A DNA stretch of 64,000 nt from an uncultured Anaerolinea sp. (GTDB taxonomy: Bacteria; Chloroflexota; Anaerolineae; Anaerolineales; Anaerolineaceae), in NCBI GenBank assembly GCA_964564935.1, contig CAZMCF010000008.1:216-64215 (forward strand). Direction: 5' to 3'. Shown here piece by piece: positions 19,062 through 28,494 of the stretch. How positions within the stretch are numbered: position 1 is the first letter of the stretch; each line of letters starts with the position of its first letter. The notes beneath the pieces are model-generated. The model searched no databases. It saw nothing but the letters and a program-made list of their open reading frames with translations, and was not told the origin of the DNA. The translations under genes were made by a program, and so were the position numbers.

Positions 19062-20507
19062 ATGACCCAGGCAGATTTATACTCCATTCTTCCCATCATC
19101 GTCCTGGTTGGCTGGGCGCTGCTTCTCCTGGTGGTGGATCTGTGGATCCTCAAAGAGGGCAAGGGGCTGACCGCCTTGCTCGCGGCGCTCGGGCTGGCAG
19201 TCTCGCTCGGGTTGACCCTGGCTCAGGGCGGGAGCAGCCAGCTGGCTTTCGGCGGGCTGGTCATGCTCGACGGATTCGCGGTGTATCTGAATGTGATCTT
19301 CCTGGTCAGCGGGCTGGTGGCGATCGCGCTCGGCTACGACTATCTCAAGCGGATGGGGCTGGAGCGCGGCGAATATTACGTGATGATGCTCTTCTCGATC
19401 AGCGGAATGATGATGATCACCCAGGCTTACAACCTGCTGGTGGTCTTCCTGGCGCTCGAAGTCCTTTCCATCCCGCTCTACATACTGGCCGGTTTTGCCC
19501 ACCCGCGTCAAGAATCGCAGGAGGCGGCGCTCAAATACTTCCTGCTCGGCGCGTTTTCCTCGGCCTTTGTTCTTTACGGAATTGCTTTGATTTTTGGAGC
19601 GACCGCCAGCATTGGCCTGGACGGCATCCTGGCGGCGCTGCAGGGGGGGACGGCGAATATTCCCCTGTTCACTGCCGGAGCGGCAATGATGCTGGTGGGC
19701 TTCGGCTTCAAGGTAGCGGCGGTGCCGTTCCACGAGTGGGCGCCGGACGTCTATCAGGGCTCGCCTTCGCCTGTTTCGGGGTTCATGTCCGTGGCGGTCA
19801 AGGCGGCCGGCTTCGCCGTGCTGCTGCGCATTTTCCTGACCGCTTTCCCCAGTCTGGCGGCGACCTTAACGCCGGCCTTGTGGGTCATTGCTGCTCTGAC
19901 CATGATCGTTGGCAACGTCCTGGCGGTGGTGCAGAGCAACATCAAGCGTCTCCTGGCCTATTCGAGCATCGCCCACGCCGGATACATGCTGATGGCTTTT
20001 GTCTCGTACGGCAGCGAAAAAGTTTCAGGCCAGTCTGTGTCGGCGATGATCTTTTACCTGATTGCTTACGGGTTGACCACCTTCGGCGCCTGGGCGGTGG
20101 TGGTTTCGCTGGAGCAGGCCGAGAGTAAAGGGTTGGAGCTGGAGGATTACGCCGGGCTGGGGCAGAAGTATCCCTGGCTGGGAGTGGCGATGATGGTGTT
20201 CATGCTCTCGCTGACCGGGGTGCCGATCACTCTGGGGTTCTGGGGTAAGTTTTACCTGTTCAAGACGGCTGTGGACGCAGGTTATGCCGGGCTGGCGCTG
20301 GTCGGTCTGCTGACCTCGCTGGTTTCGGCGTATTACTACCTGCGGGTGGTGGTGCTGATGTTCATGCGCGGCGGAGAGCCGCGGGTGCGGCGCGACGGGT
20401 GGTTGAGCCTGGTGGCGCTGGGGGCGGCGGCGGCGGTGGTGGCGCTGAGCGTGATACCCGGGCGTCTGCTGGAGGCGGCGGCGAACGCGGTGCTGCGCCT
20501 GCAATAA
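19062..20507 (+). CDS. nuoN: NADH-quinone oxidoreductase subunit N
   Basis: EAALKYF, FKVAAVPFHEWAPDVYQGSP, KRLLAYSSIAHAGY. Confidence 0.95.
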   Translation: MTQADLYSILPIIVLVGWALLLLVVDLWILKEGKGLTALLAALGLAVSLGLTLAQGGSSQLAFGGLVMLDGFAVYLNVIFLVSGLVAIALGYDYLKRMGLERGEYYVMMLFSISGMMMITQAYNLLVVFLALEVLSIPLYILAGFAHPRQESQEAALKYFLLGAFSSAFVLYGIALIFGATASIGLDGILAALQGGTANIPLFTAGAAMMLVGFGFKVAAVPFHEWAPDVYQGSPSPVSGFMSVAVKAAGFAVLLRIFLTAFPSLAATLTPALWVIAALTMIVGNVLAVVQSNIKRLLAYSSIAHAGYMLMAFVSYGSEKVSGQSVSAMIFYLIAYGLTTFGAWAVVVSLEQAESKGLELEDYAGLGQKYPWLGVAMMVFMLSLTGVPITLGFWGKFYLFKTAVDAGYAGLALVGLLTSLVSAYYYLRVVVLMFMRGGEPRVRRDGWLSLVALGAAAAVVALSVIPGRLLEAAANAVLRLQ

Positions 20508-20545
20508 GCAGTGCGCGTGGAAATTAGAGTATAATTTCAGCACCT

Positions 20546-20621
20546 GCCCCCGTAGCTCAACGGACAGAGTGACAGACTTCGAATCTGGAGGTTCAGGGTT
20601 CGAATCCCTGCGGGGGCGCCA
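20546..20621 (+). tRNA. tRNA-Arg(UCG)
   Basis: GCCCCCG/CGGGGGC acceptor stem, D arm GCTC/GAGT, anticodon loop CT-TCG-AA, GGTTCGAATCC T arm, encoded CCA; TATAAT at 20530-20535. Confidence 0.95.
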
Positions 20622-20842
20622 GATGTGGTGTGCCTTCCCATAATTACCCCCATATACGGGGGTAAATTGCTTTGGTTTCGCAGCCCCGGAAAAGCCGGGT
20701 GCAATTGGGTGCAATCGTTGTGTTTTGTTTCTGCACAAGAAAATGCCTTTTCCTCTCAAAAAATTTGCAATTCCCCGGGATGTCGTATATCATGGTAGCT
20801 GACGTTCATCCTCATGCTGACCTGGAGAGGTGTGGCGATTTG

Positions 20843-22186
20843 ATGAATGATCTTCTGTTGAAAAACGGCGATCGAGTTGCGCTCGAATACAAGGCCTTGA
20901 TTGAGCTGGTGGGAATCATCAAGGAGCGCCGCCCGCTCGGCGAAACCCTTGAGGCGAGTCTGGGGATTATTGTGCGGGTAATCCCGCAGGCAGATTTTGG
21001 GGCAGTGATGCTGTGGGATCAATCTTCGGGATTGTTCCGGCCATGGGCGTCGTACGGATGTGATGCCCAGATATTCAAAAGAATTGGCCTGCAGGCAGGC
21101 GAATCGATCACCGGGCGTGTGTACGATGAAAATAAGGCGCTCCTCCTCGAAACGCCAGAGGAAATTGCCAGGGCAATGGCGAATATGCGCCAGGCCAATC
21201 GGACTCTCTTCGCCAGGGCGATCAACCGCGAGCTCAAACCCCTCAGCTCGGTCGCAGCACCGATCGCCACCCGCCAGCAGAAGTTCGGCGTGCTGGCCCT
21301 GGAAACCTTCGACGGCCCGCAGCGCTTCTGCCAGGATGACCTGCCCTTCGTCCAAAAGCTGGCTGATCTGCTCGCTTTCGCCATCGAAACCTCACGCCTG
21401 GAAGCGCGCGCCGACGCGATCCACCAGTCGCGCGAGGCCGAACGGCTGCGCTCTGAGGCGCTGGCGACTCTCTCGCACGAGCTGCGCATGCCGCTGACCA
21501 CCATTAAAGGCTACACAACCATGCTGTTGATGGACGAAATCGCCTGGGATCCGACTAAAGCGAAAGAATACCTGCAATTGATCGACGAAGAATGCGACGG
21601 GATGCAGGCAATGATCAAGAGCATTCTGGATTCGACCATGATCGAGGCGCACCAGATCCCGATCGAGCCGCAGCCTTTGCGCTTGGGCATCATCGCCCGC
21701 GACGTGGCCGGCGAGGTGCAGCGGCGCACAGAATGCCACCGGCTGATCGTCGATTTCCCTCAGGATTTCCCGCTGGTTAATGTCGATCCGCGCTGGATCA
21801 AGCAGGTCTTCCGCAACATCCTCGATAACGCGGTCAAGTATTCGCCAAACGGCGGGTTGATCGTCATTCGGGGCGAGGCTCGCCAGACCGATGTTGTGGT
21901 CAGCACCGCCGACCAGGGTATTGGCATCTCTCCTGAGGATTTGATTCCGCTCTTTGAGAGATACTACCGGGTCCGCTCGCCGCACACAATGAATGTACCC
22001 GGCACCGGACTGGGGCTGCCTATTGCCCGCTCAATCGTCGAAATGCACGGAGGGCGGATTTGGGCGGACAGCAAGCTCGGGCAGGGAACCACTATTTACT
22101 TTTCCCTCCCGGTTTTCAAACCGGAGACAGGGCCGCTGACGCAGGGTAACCCGACCGGTACTCAAAAGACGGATATTGGAGAGTAG
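20843..22186 (+). CDS. Cytoplasmic GAF-domain sensor histidine kinase (start uncertain, 20780-20843)
   Basis: GAF region, LSHELRMPLT H-box, NILDNAVKYS, DQGIG, GTGLGL; no TM segments. Confidence 0.9.
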   Translation: MNDLLLKNGDRVALEYKALIELVGIIKERRPLGETLEASLGIIVRVIPQADFGAVMLWDQSSGLFRPWASYGCDAQIFKRIGLQAGESITGRVYDENKALLLETPEEIARAMANMRQANRTLFARAINRELKPLSSVAAPIATRQQKFGVLALETFDGPQRFCQDDLPFVQKLADLLAFAIETSRLEARADAIHQSREAERLRSEALATLSHELRMPLTTIKGYTTMLLMDEIAWDPTKAKEYLQLIDEECDGMQAMIKSILDSTMIEAHQIPIEPQPLRLGIIARDVAGEVQRRTECHRLIVDFPQDFPLVNVDPRWIKQVFRNILDNAVKYSPNGGLIVIRGEARQTDVVVSTADQGIGISPEDLIPLFERYYRVRSPHTMNVPGTGLGLPIARSIVEMHGGRIWADSKLGQGTTIYFSLPVFKPETGPLTQGNPTGTQKTDIGE

Positions 22187-22200
22187 CAACAGGTGTGCGT

Positions 22201-22905
22201 ATGAACAAACCACGCATTCTTGTGGTGGACGACGAACCGAAGGTGGTTCGGCTGCTGCGCGAAGCGCTGACCGCGACCGGATTCGAGGTGCTGGCTGCGA
22301 TGAACGGGGAGAACGCCATCGCCATGGCGGCTCTGGAACAACCGGATTTGGTCGTATTGGACATTATGCTGACCGGTGGGATGGACGGCTTCGAAGTCTG
22401 CCGGCGGCTGCGCGAATTTACCGATGTTCCCGTGTTGATGCTGACTGCCAAGGTGCGCGATATCGACAGGCTGCGCGGCTTCGAATGCGGCACCGACGAT
22501 TACATCACCAAGCCGTTTAATACCAAAGAACTGATCGCGCGGATTCGAGCAATCCTCAAGCGGGCTCAAAGCGGAGGTCAGGTGCCGCAGGAAGCCGCCC
22601 TGGAATGCGGCGAGCTGCGCATCGACCTGGCCAGGCGGAGGGTTTTCATCCGCGGGGAGGAAATCCATCTGACGCCGACAGAATATAACCTGCTGCACGA
22701 ATTGGCCCGCCATCCCAACCAGGTTATGCAGCACGAGCAGTTGCTTTCCGCCGTGTGGGGGGAAAAATACCGGCGCGACGAGGAGTATCTGCGCGCCTAT
22801 ATTTATACCCTGCGCAAGAAGATCGAAGCGGATCCGTCCAATCCGCGTTTGATCGTCCGCAGCCCGGGGTTTGGGTATATGCTCGTTGTGCCAGAAGAGG
22901 TCTGA
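22201..22905 (+). CDS. OmpR/PhoB-family (KdpE-like) response regulator
   Basis: ILVVDDE, LDIML, DYITKPF, LTPTEY, PGFGY. Confidence 0.93.
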   Translation: MNKPRILVVDDEPKVVRLLREALTATGFEVLAAMNGENAIAMAALEQPDLVVLDIMLTGGMDGFEVCRRLREFTDVPVLMLTAKVRDIDRLRGFECGTDDYITKPFNTKELIARIRAILKRAQSGGQVPQEAALECGELRIDLARRRVFIRGEEIHLTPTEYNLLHELARHPNQVMQHEQLLSAVWGEKYRRDEEYLRAYIYTLRKKIEADPSNPRLIVRSPGFGYMLVVPEEV

Positions 22906-22972
22906 CCGCCCATCTCTTAACGTGATTTTCATGTAAATTCTGTTTTCTTTTTTCCGGATTTGACGTAAGAAT

Positions 22973-23003
22973 TGCTACACTGGTTTCGTGGCAATCTTCA
23001 CAA
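22973..23003 (+). promoter_or_regulatory. Extended -10 element followed by a Rex-like site upstream of the redox operon
   Basis: TGcTACACT at 22973-22981; TCGTGGC-AATC-TTCACAA at 22986-23003 (right half matches the Rex consensus exactly). Confidence 0.5.
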
Positions 23004-23197
23004 ATTGCTTACTGGCGTTAGCGGTGCCTGAAAAGGAGGGCGCCGCTTTATCTGCGCCAGGCCTCTCGATTTAGAAATTTCTCTCATAGTCAGGCGGCGC
23101 AGGGGATGGGAACAGGCGCCAGAATCCATGCACACTGTGAATGAATTGGCTAATTCTCCTGTTCGTGATCTCGACCCATGTCTGCAGGAGCGTGCCC

Positions 23198-23674
23198 ATG
23201 GAAATTTCGATCGAAGATATTCATGAAATCATCAAAGATGAAGCCCTGGGGGACGGCTCGCTCATCGCCGCGCTGGAGGCAATCCAGGAGCGATACCGCT
23301 ACCTGCCCCCCGAGGCGTTGGTGCTGGCGAGCGAGAGTTTTGGCGTCCCGCTTTCGCAGACTTATGCGGTGGCCACTTTTTATCACGCTTTCAGCCTGAA
23401 GCCTAAAGGGATCCACTGCCTGCACGTCTGCATGGGTACGGCCTGCCACGTGCGCGGCAGCCCGCAGGTGCTTGACCGGTTGGAGACCAAACTCGGCATC
23501 AAAGCCGGAGAAACCACCCGAGACCACCGCATCACCCTGGAAACGGTCAACTGTCTGGGGGCTTGCGCGCTTGGTCCCATTGTGGTTACTGACGGTGAAT
23601 ATTCTGGTGAGATGACGGTCGCCAAAACCGACACCCTGCTCAAGCGCCTGCTGCGTGAGGATGGGGGCGGCTGA
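23198..23674 (+). CDS. HydC/NuoE-like [2Fe-2S] subunit
   Basis: CMGTACHVRG and VNCLGACALGP; AGGAG RBS before ATG 23198. Confidence 0.9.
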   Translation: MEISIEDIHEIIKDEALGDGSLIAALEAIQERYRYLPPEALVLASESFGVPLSQTYAVATFYHAFSLKPKGIHCLHVCMGTACHVRGSPQVLDRLETKLGIKAGETTRDHRITLETVNCLGACALGPIVVTDGEYSGEMTVAKTDTLLKRLLREDGGG

Positions 23675-23675
23675 G

Positions 23676-25541
23676 ATGAGCCGGATGAAATCCCCCCAAG
23701 AGTTGGACGCCTTCCGCGAGCGGCTGCAGGCCGGCGTGGACCCCGGGCGCCCGGTTGTGGCAGTCTGCGGCGAGACGGGCTGCCGGGTCTATGGCAGCGA
23801 GCAAATCTTTGAGAATTTCCGCGAGGAGCTCGCCCGCCAGGAGGTCAGCGCCACCCTGCAAATGGAGGTCAAAGCCACCGGCTGCCCGGGCTACTGCGAA
23901 AAAGGTCCGGTGGTCATGCTCCGACCGCAGGGATTGCTCTACGGCCACGTCAAGCCGCAGGACGTGCCCGAGATCGTCCGCGAGACGATCCTGGGAGGCA
24001 GGGTCATCGATCGGCTTCTGGTGACCGATCCGTGCAGCAGCGAGAAAATCCCTTATGAAGCTGACGTGCCCTTTTATAAAAATCAATACCGTCTGATCCT
24101 GAATATGCACGGCACACTGGATCCGAGCCAGATCAACGAGTATATCGCCAGAGGAGGGTACGCCTCGCTGGAAAAAGCGCTCTTTCATATGCAGCCAGAA
24201 GAGATCATCCGCGCTATCAAGGACTCTGGACTGCGCGGGCGGGGCGGGGCGGGCTTTTCGACCGGCACGAAGTGGGGATTGTGCCGGTCGAACGTGCTCA
24301 AGGTTGGCGAAGGCTACCTGATCTGCAATGCCGATGAGGGCGATCCCGGCGCGTACATGGACCGCTCGATCATGGAAGGCAACCCCCACCGGGTGATCGA
24401 AGGAATGATCATCGGCGCTTACGCAATGGGAATCCATCACGGCTACGTCTACATCCGCAACGAATATCCTCAGGCGGTCAAGCACCTGCGTCTGGCTCTC
24501 AAGCAGGCCGAGGAATATGGACTGATCGGCAGGGATATTCTTGGCAGCGGCTTCGATTTCGATCTCCACGTGCGGCTGGGCAGCGGCGCTTTCGTCTGCG
24601 GCGAGGAAACCGCGCTGATGGCCTCGATTGAAGGCCGGATCGGCGAGCCGCGCCCGCGCCCGCCCTACCCGGCCGAATCCGGGCTGTGGGGAAAACCAAC
24701 CAATATCAACAATGTAAAAACCTGGGCAACCGTGCCGCTGATCATCGAGCGCGGGGCATCGTGGTTCGCTTCGATTGGCACCGAAAAAAGTAAAGGAACA
24801 ATGATCTTCTCGATCGTCGGCAAAATCAACAACACCGGGCTGGTCGAGGTGCCGATGGGCATCACCCTGCGTGATCTGATCTTCGACATCGGCGGCGGGA
24901 TTCGCAACGGCAAGCGCTTCAAGGCCGCTCAGATCGGCGGGCCGTCGGGCGGATGCATCCCTGCCGAGCACCTCGACGTGCAGATCGACTACGAATCGCT
25001 CACGTCGCTCGGCGCAATTGTCGGCTCGGGCGGGCTGGTGGTCGCAGACGAGGACACCTGCATGGTCGATTTCGCCCGCTACTTTATGTCCTTCACCCAG
25101 CAGGAATCGTGCGGCAAGTGCGTGCCCTGCCGGATTGGCACGCGGGCGATGCTGGCCACTCTCGAGCGCATTTGCGCCGGCGAGGGACAGCCCGGCGACG
25201 TCGAATATCTGCTGGAGCTGGGAACCGAAATCAAGCGCGGCTCGCTGTGCGGGCTGGGTCAGACTGCGCCCAACCCGGTGTTGAGCACCATACGCTATTT
25301 CCGCGAAGAGTACGACGCCCACATCCACGAGAAGCGCTGCCCGGCGCATGTCTGCAAGCCGTTGATCACTTACACCATCGACCCTGAGAAGTGCAACGGC
25401 TGCATGGTCTGCCTGCGCAACTGCACCAGCGGAGCGATCGAGGGGGCGCGTAAAGAGCCGCATATCATTCACGACGAATTATGTACGCGCTGCGGCGTTT
25501 GCTACAGCCTGTGCAAGTTCGACGCAATCACCGTGCGATAG
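23676..25541 (+). CDS. HydB/NuoF-like FMN/NAD(H) subunit with N-terminal [2Fe-2S] and C-terminal 2x[4Fe-4S] domains
   Basis: CGETGC/TGCPGYCEKGP, GLRGRGGAG, NADEGDPGAYMDR, GGPSGGC, ESCGKCVPC, HIHEKRCPAHVC, two CxxCxxCxxxC motifs. Confidence 0.92.
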   Translation: MSRMKSPQELDAFRERLQAGVDPGRPVVAVCGETGCRVYGSEQIFENFREELARQEVSATLQMEVKATGCPGYCEKGPVVMLRPQGLLYGHVKPQDVPEIVRETILGGRVIDRLLVTDPCSSEKIPYEADVPFYKNQYRLILNMHGTLDPSQINEYIARGGYASLEKALFHMQPEEIIRAIKDSGLRGRGGAGFSTGTKWGLCRSNVLKVGEGYLICNADEGDPGAYMDRSIMEGNPHRVIEGMIIGAYAMGIHHGYVYIRNEYPQAVKHLRLALKQAEEYGLIGRDILGSGFDFDLHVRLGSGAFVCGEETALMASIEGRIGEPRPRPPYPAESGLWGKPTNINNVKTWATVPLIIERGASWFASIGTEKSKGTMIFSIVGKINNTGLVEVPMGITLRDLIFDIGGGIRNGKRFKAAQIGGPSGGCIPAEHLDVQIDYESLTSLGAIVGSGGLVVADEDTCMVDFARYFMSFTQQESCGKCVPCRIGTRAMLATLERICAGEGQPGDVEYLLELGTEIKRGSLCGLGQTAPNPVLSTIRYFREEYDAHIHEKRCPAHVCKPLITYTIDPEKCNGCMVCLRNCTSGAIEGARKEPHIIHDELCTRCGVCYSLCKFDAITVR

Positions 25542-25550
25542 GGAGGCGGC

Positions 25551-26258
25551 ATGGTGCGATTAACCATTAACGATCAGCCTGTAGAAATGCCCGAGGGCCG
25601 CACTCTTCTCGAAGCCTGCCGCGAGATCGGGATTGAGGTGCCGACCCTGTGCTATCACCCCGCGCTTAAACCCTACGGCGCCTGCCGCCTGTGCATGGTG
25701 GAGGTCGCCAACCCGCCGCGCCCGCCAAGGCTGGTTGCCTCCTGCGTTTATCCCTGCGAGGAAGGCGCGGTTGTTCAGACCGAGAGCGAGGCTGCCCGCC
25801 GCAGCCGGCGGATGACCGCTGAGCTGCTCATGGCAACCGCCGGCGATTCTCCCGAAATCCGCAGCCTGGCGGAAAAGCTCGGCGTTACCCGGGTGCGCTT
25901 CCGTCTGCCGGAGGAGAACACCTGCGTGCTGTGCGGACTGTGCGTACGCGCCTGCGCCGAGATCGTAGGGGTCAGCGCAATCGGGATCATCGAGCGCGGC
26001 ATCTCCAAAAAGGTCAGCGCGCCGTTCCAGATCGCCTCTTCCCGCTGCATCGGCTGCGGAACCTGTGTCTTGATCTGTCCGACCGGCGCGTTCCAGTTCG
26101 AGGAGATTGCCGGCTTTCACAACATCGAGCCGACTTTGGAAGGTTACCGGCGCGGTTATTACCGGGTCAGCGGCGAGTTGGACTTCCGCCCGGATTTCGT
26201 TCATGACGTCTTCTCCCTGCTGAAATCTCAGTCCGGCTCAGAGGAGCAGCAGGAATAG
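25551..26258 (+). CDS. HydA-N-terminus/HoxU-like Fe-S subunit without a catalytic domain
   Basis: LCYHP..GACRLC..SC [2Fe-2S]; CVLCGLCVRAC and CIGCGTCVLICP; no H-cluster motifs. Confidence 0.85.
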   Translation: MVRLTINDQPVEMPEGRTLLEACREIGIEVPTLCYHPALKPYGACRLCMVEVANPPRPPRLVASCVYPCEEGAVVQTESEAARRSRRMTAELLMATAGDSPEIRSLAEKLGVTRVRFRLPEENTCVLCGLCVRACAEIVGVSAIGIIERGISKKVSAPFQIASSRCIGCGTCVLICPTGAFQFEEIAGFHNIEPTLEGYRRGYYRVSGELDFRPDFVHDVFSLLKSQSGSEEQQE

Positions 26259-26266
26259 GAGGGCTT

Positions 26267-28408
26267 ATGCCAGAAGCTGAACTCCCTGTTGAGCATGTGG
26301 TTCCGCGGATTGGGGTGTTCGTCTGCGGCTGCGGCGGGCAGATCAGCCGCACGCTGGACGTCGCCGCGCTCAGCCGCCAGGCCGGAGAATTAAACGGGGT
26401 CTGCTTTGCGGTTCATGACGCCTATCCGTGCAGCGCCGGCGGGCAGGAGCGCCTGCGCGCCGCCATCCAGGAACACCAGCTCGAGCGAGTGCTGATCGCT
26501 GGCTGCGCGCCGCGGCTGGTCGAAAAATTGTTTCAGCGGGCGGTTCAGCCGCTGCAGATTGACCCCGCCAATGTTTCGGTAGTGAACATTCGCGAGCTGG
26601 CAGCGGCCGGAGCTGACAGGGAACCCATGGCGGCTCAGGATATGGCGGCCAGTACCATCAGCATGGGCGTGGCCCGGTTGAGCGTGACCCGCCCTGTTCC
26701 CCCTCACTTTGGCAGGGTTACCAAAGCCGCTGTGGTGATCGGCAGCACGATCAGCGGGTTGACCGTTGCCCACTCAATCGCCGAGCGCGGTATTCCGGTG
26801 ACGCTGGTCGAGCCTGGCAGCGACATTCGCGGGACGACTTTTGACATGGATGATAACATGCGCCGCGCAGCCGAAACCCGCAAGCAGGCCGTGCTGAACC
26901 ACCCGAACATCCGGGTGATGCTCAACACCCGCCTGACCGCGGTCAACGGACACCCCGGCGAATACGTCATCTGGCTGCAGCAGGGCGGCCAGACCAGCTC
27001 ACTGACGGTTGGAACCATTGTGGTAGCCAACCTGGCCCATCCTAAAGATTTGGGCAGCCTGCAGTGGTTCGACCGCTCCAGGGTGAAAACCCAGCAGGAA
27101 TTTGGCGAGGAATTAGCGCGGGTCACCCGCGAAGGCCTTCCGCTGGGGCTGGATGAGGTGGTGTTCTTCCTGTGCGCTGAAGAGTCGCAGATGGAACACT
27201 GCTCGCGGGTCTGCTGCAACGCCGGCATCCGCCAGGCGCTGCAGGTCAAGCAGCTCAATCCGCATGCCAATGTGACCGTGCTGTTCCGCGACCTTTACCT
27301 GGGCGGGGTGGGTGGTTCGGGCGAAGCGGATTTGGTCAAAGCCCGTAAAGCCGGGGTTACTTTCTTCCGTTACCGTAAAGAGACCCCGCCGGTGATTGGC
27401 GACCGCACCGTGGATGTGCAGGATTCGCTGACCGACGTGCCGGTGCAGGTCCCTTACGAGAGGGTGGTGCTTTCCATGCCGCTGGTGCCGGTGGAGAATA
27501 CCGACATGCTCTCGGCGCTCCTGGACCTGCCCAAAGATGAATACGGCTTTCTGGCCGAGCCGCGCGTCCGCCTGCGCCCGGGACGTTACGCGGATCCGGG
27601 AATCTACGTACTGGGCAGCTCGCAGCTCCCGGCTGATACCGCCGAGGCGCTCTTCCAGGCCTATTTGACCGGAGCCCGGGCGCTGCGCTTTCTCTCCCAG
27701 GAGAGCATCCGGGTCGAGGCGCCGGTTGCTGAGATCGACGCCGGGCTGTGCACCGGCTGCGGCAACTGCCCGCAGGTTTGTCCGGTGGAGGCCATCCATC
27801 TCGAAAGGCGCGACGGCGTTCTCTCGCTTTCCGAGGTGGATGATATGCGTTGTATCGGCTGCGGTAACTGCGTGGTGGTCTGTCCGGTCAAGGCCATCAC
27901 CCTGCCGGGCTGGGATAACGTGGAGATCCCGGTACAGATCAGCGCCGCACTGGAAGCGGATCGCTTCGCGCCGGACGATCCGAAGGTGCTGATGCTGGCC
28001 TGCGAGTGGAGCGCCTACGGAGCCGCCGAGGCTGCCGGTCACCGCCGGCTGGCGCCGCCGCCAAATTGCCGCATCCTGCGGATGAACTGCTCGGCCCGCT
28101 TCGACCCTTACCATATCCTCTGGGCATTTTTAAACGGCGCGGATGGAGTACTGCTTGGCGCCTGCGCCCCGGGCGAGTGCCATTACGGCATGGGCAATCT
28201 CTACGCCCGCGAGCGAGTCGAGGTGCTGCGCAAAGAGTTAGCCCAGCACGGTGTCGATCCCCGCCGCCTGCGGCTGGAGTATTTTTCGGTGAACGATGGT
28301 CAAAAGGTGGTTGAAGTGCTGGAAGATTTCATTCGAGAATTGGAGCGCGACACGGTTGACCGAGGGCGCATGCCGGCTGGCAGGCGCATCCCGGTGGTGG
28401 AACGCTGA
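26267..28408 (+). CDS. HdrA-like protein fused to ferredoxin and MvhD domains
   Basis: RIGVFVCGCG, AGCAPR, VNIRE, CSRVCC, two ferredoxin motifs, MvhD-like CEW/RMNCSAR/GACAPGECHY. Confidence 0.85.
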   Translation: MPEAELPVEHVVPRIGVFVCGCGGQISRTLDVAALSRQAGELNGVCFAVHDAYPCSAGGQERLRAAIQEHQLERVLIAGCAPRLVEKLFQRAVQPLQIDPANVSVVNIRELAAAGADREPMAAQDMAASTISMGVARLSVTRPVPPHFGRVTKAAVVIGSTISGLTVAHSIAERGIPVTLVEPGSDIRGTTFDMDDNMRRAAETRKQAVLNHPNIRVMLNTRLTAVNGHPGEYVIWLQQGGQTSSLTVGTIVVANLAHPKDLGSLQWFDRSRVKTQQEFGEELARVTREGLPLGLDEVVFFLCAEESQMEHCSRVCCNAGIRQALQVKQLNPHANVTVLFRDLYLGGVGGSGEADLVKARKAGVTFFRYRKETPPVIGDRTVDVQDSLTDVPVQVPYERVVLSMPLVPVENTDMLSALLDLPKDEYGFLAEPRVRLRPGRYADPGIYVLGSSQLPADTAEALFQAYLTGARALRFLSQESIRVEAPVAEIDAGLCTGCGNCPQVCPVEAIHLERRDGVLSLSEVDDMRCIGCGNCVVVCPVKAITLPGWDNVEIPVQISAALEADRFAPDDPKVLMLACEWSAYGAAEAAGHRRLAPPPNCRILRMNCSARFDPYHILWAFLNGADGVLLGACAPGECHYGMGNLYARERVEVLRKELAQHGVDPRRLRLEYFSVNDGQKVVEVLEDFIRELERDTVDRGRMPAGRRIPVVER

Positions 28409-28494
28409 GAACCGGCGCCCCGACGCAGGCGCGTTGAGGGCAGGCTTGACACGCTGATAACCAAGAGGCAGGAAGATTTTTCAAGGAGGATCGT

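Noticed and set aside
15498..20507. 2M-type complex I (extra nuoM) reported in some Chloroflexota
   Set aside because: Only one nuoM lies between nuoL and nuoN
20644..20665. Hairpin TTACCCCC/GGGGGTAA after the tRNA
   Set aside because: Most simply a tRNA terminator or processing stem; nothing supports a further role
23198..26258. [FeFe] or [NiFe] hydrogenase, or formate dehydrogenase
   Set aside because: No H-cluster motifs, NiFe large subunit or molybdopterin catalytic subunit in the operon
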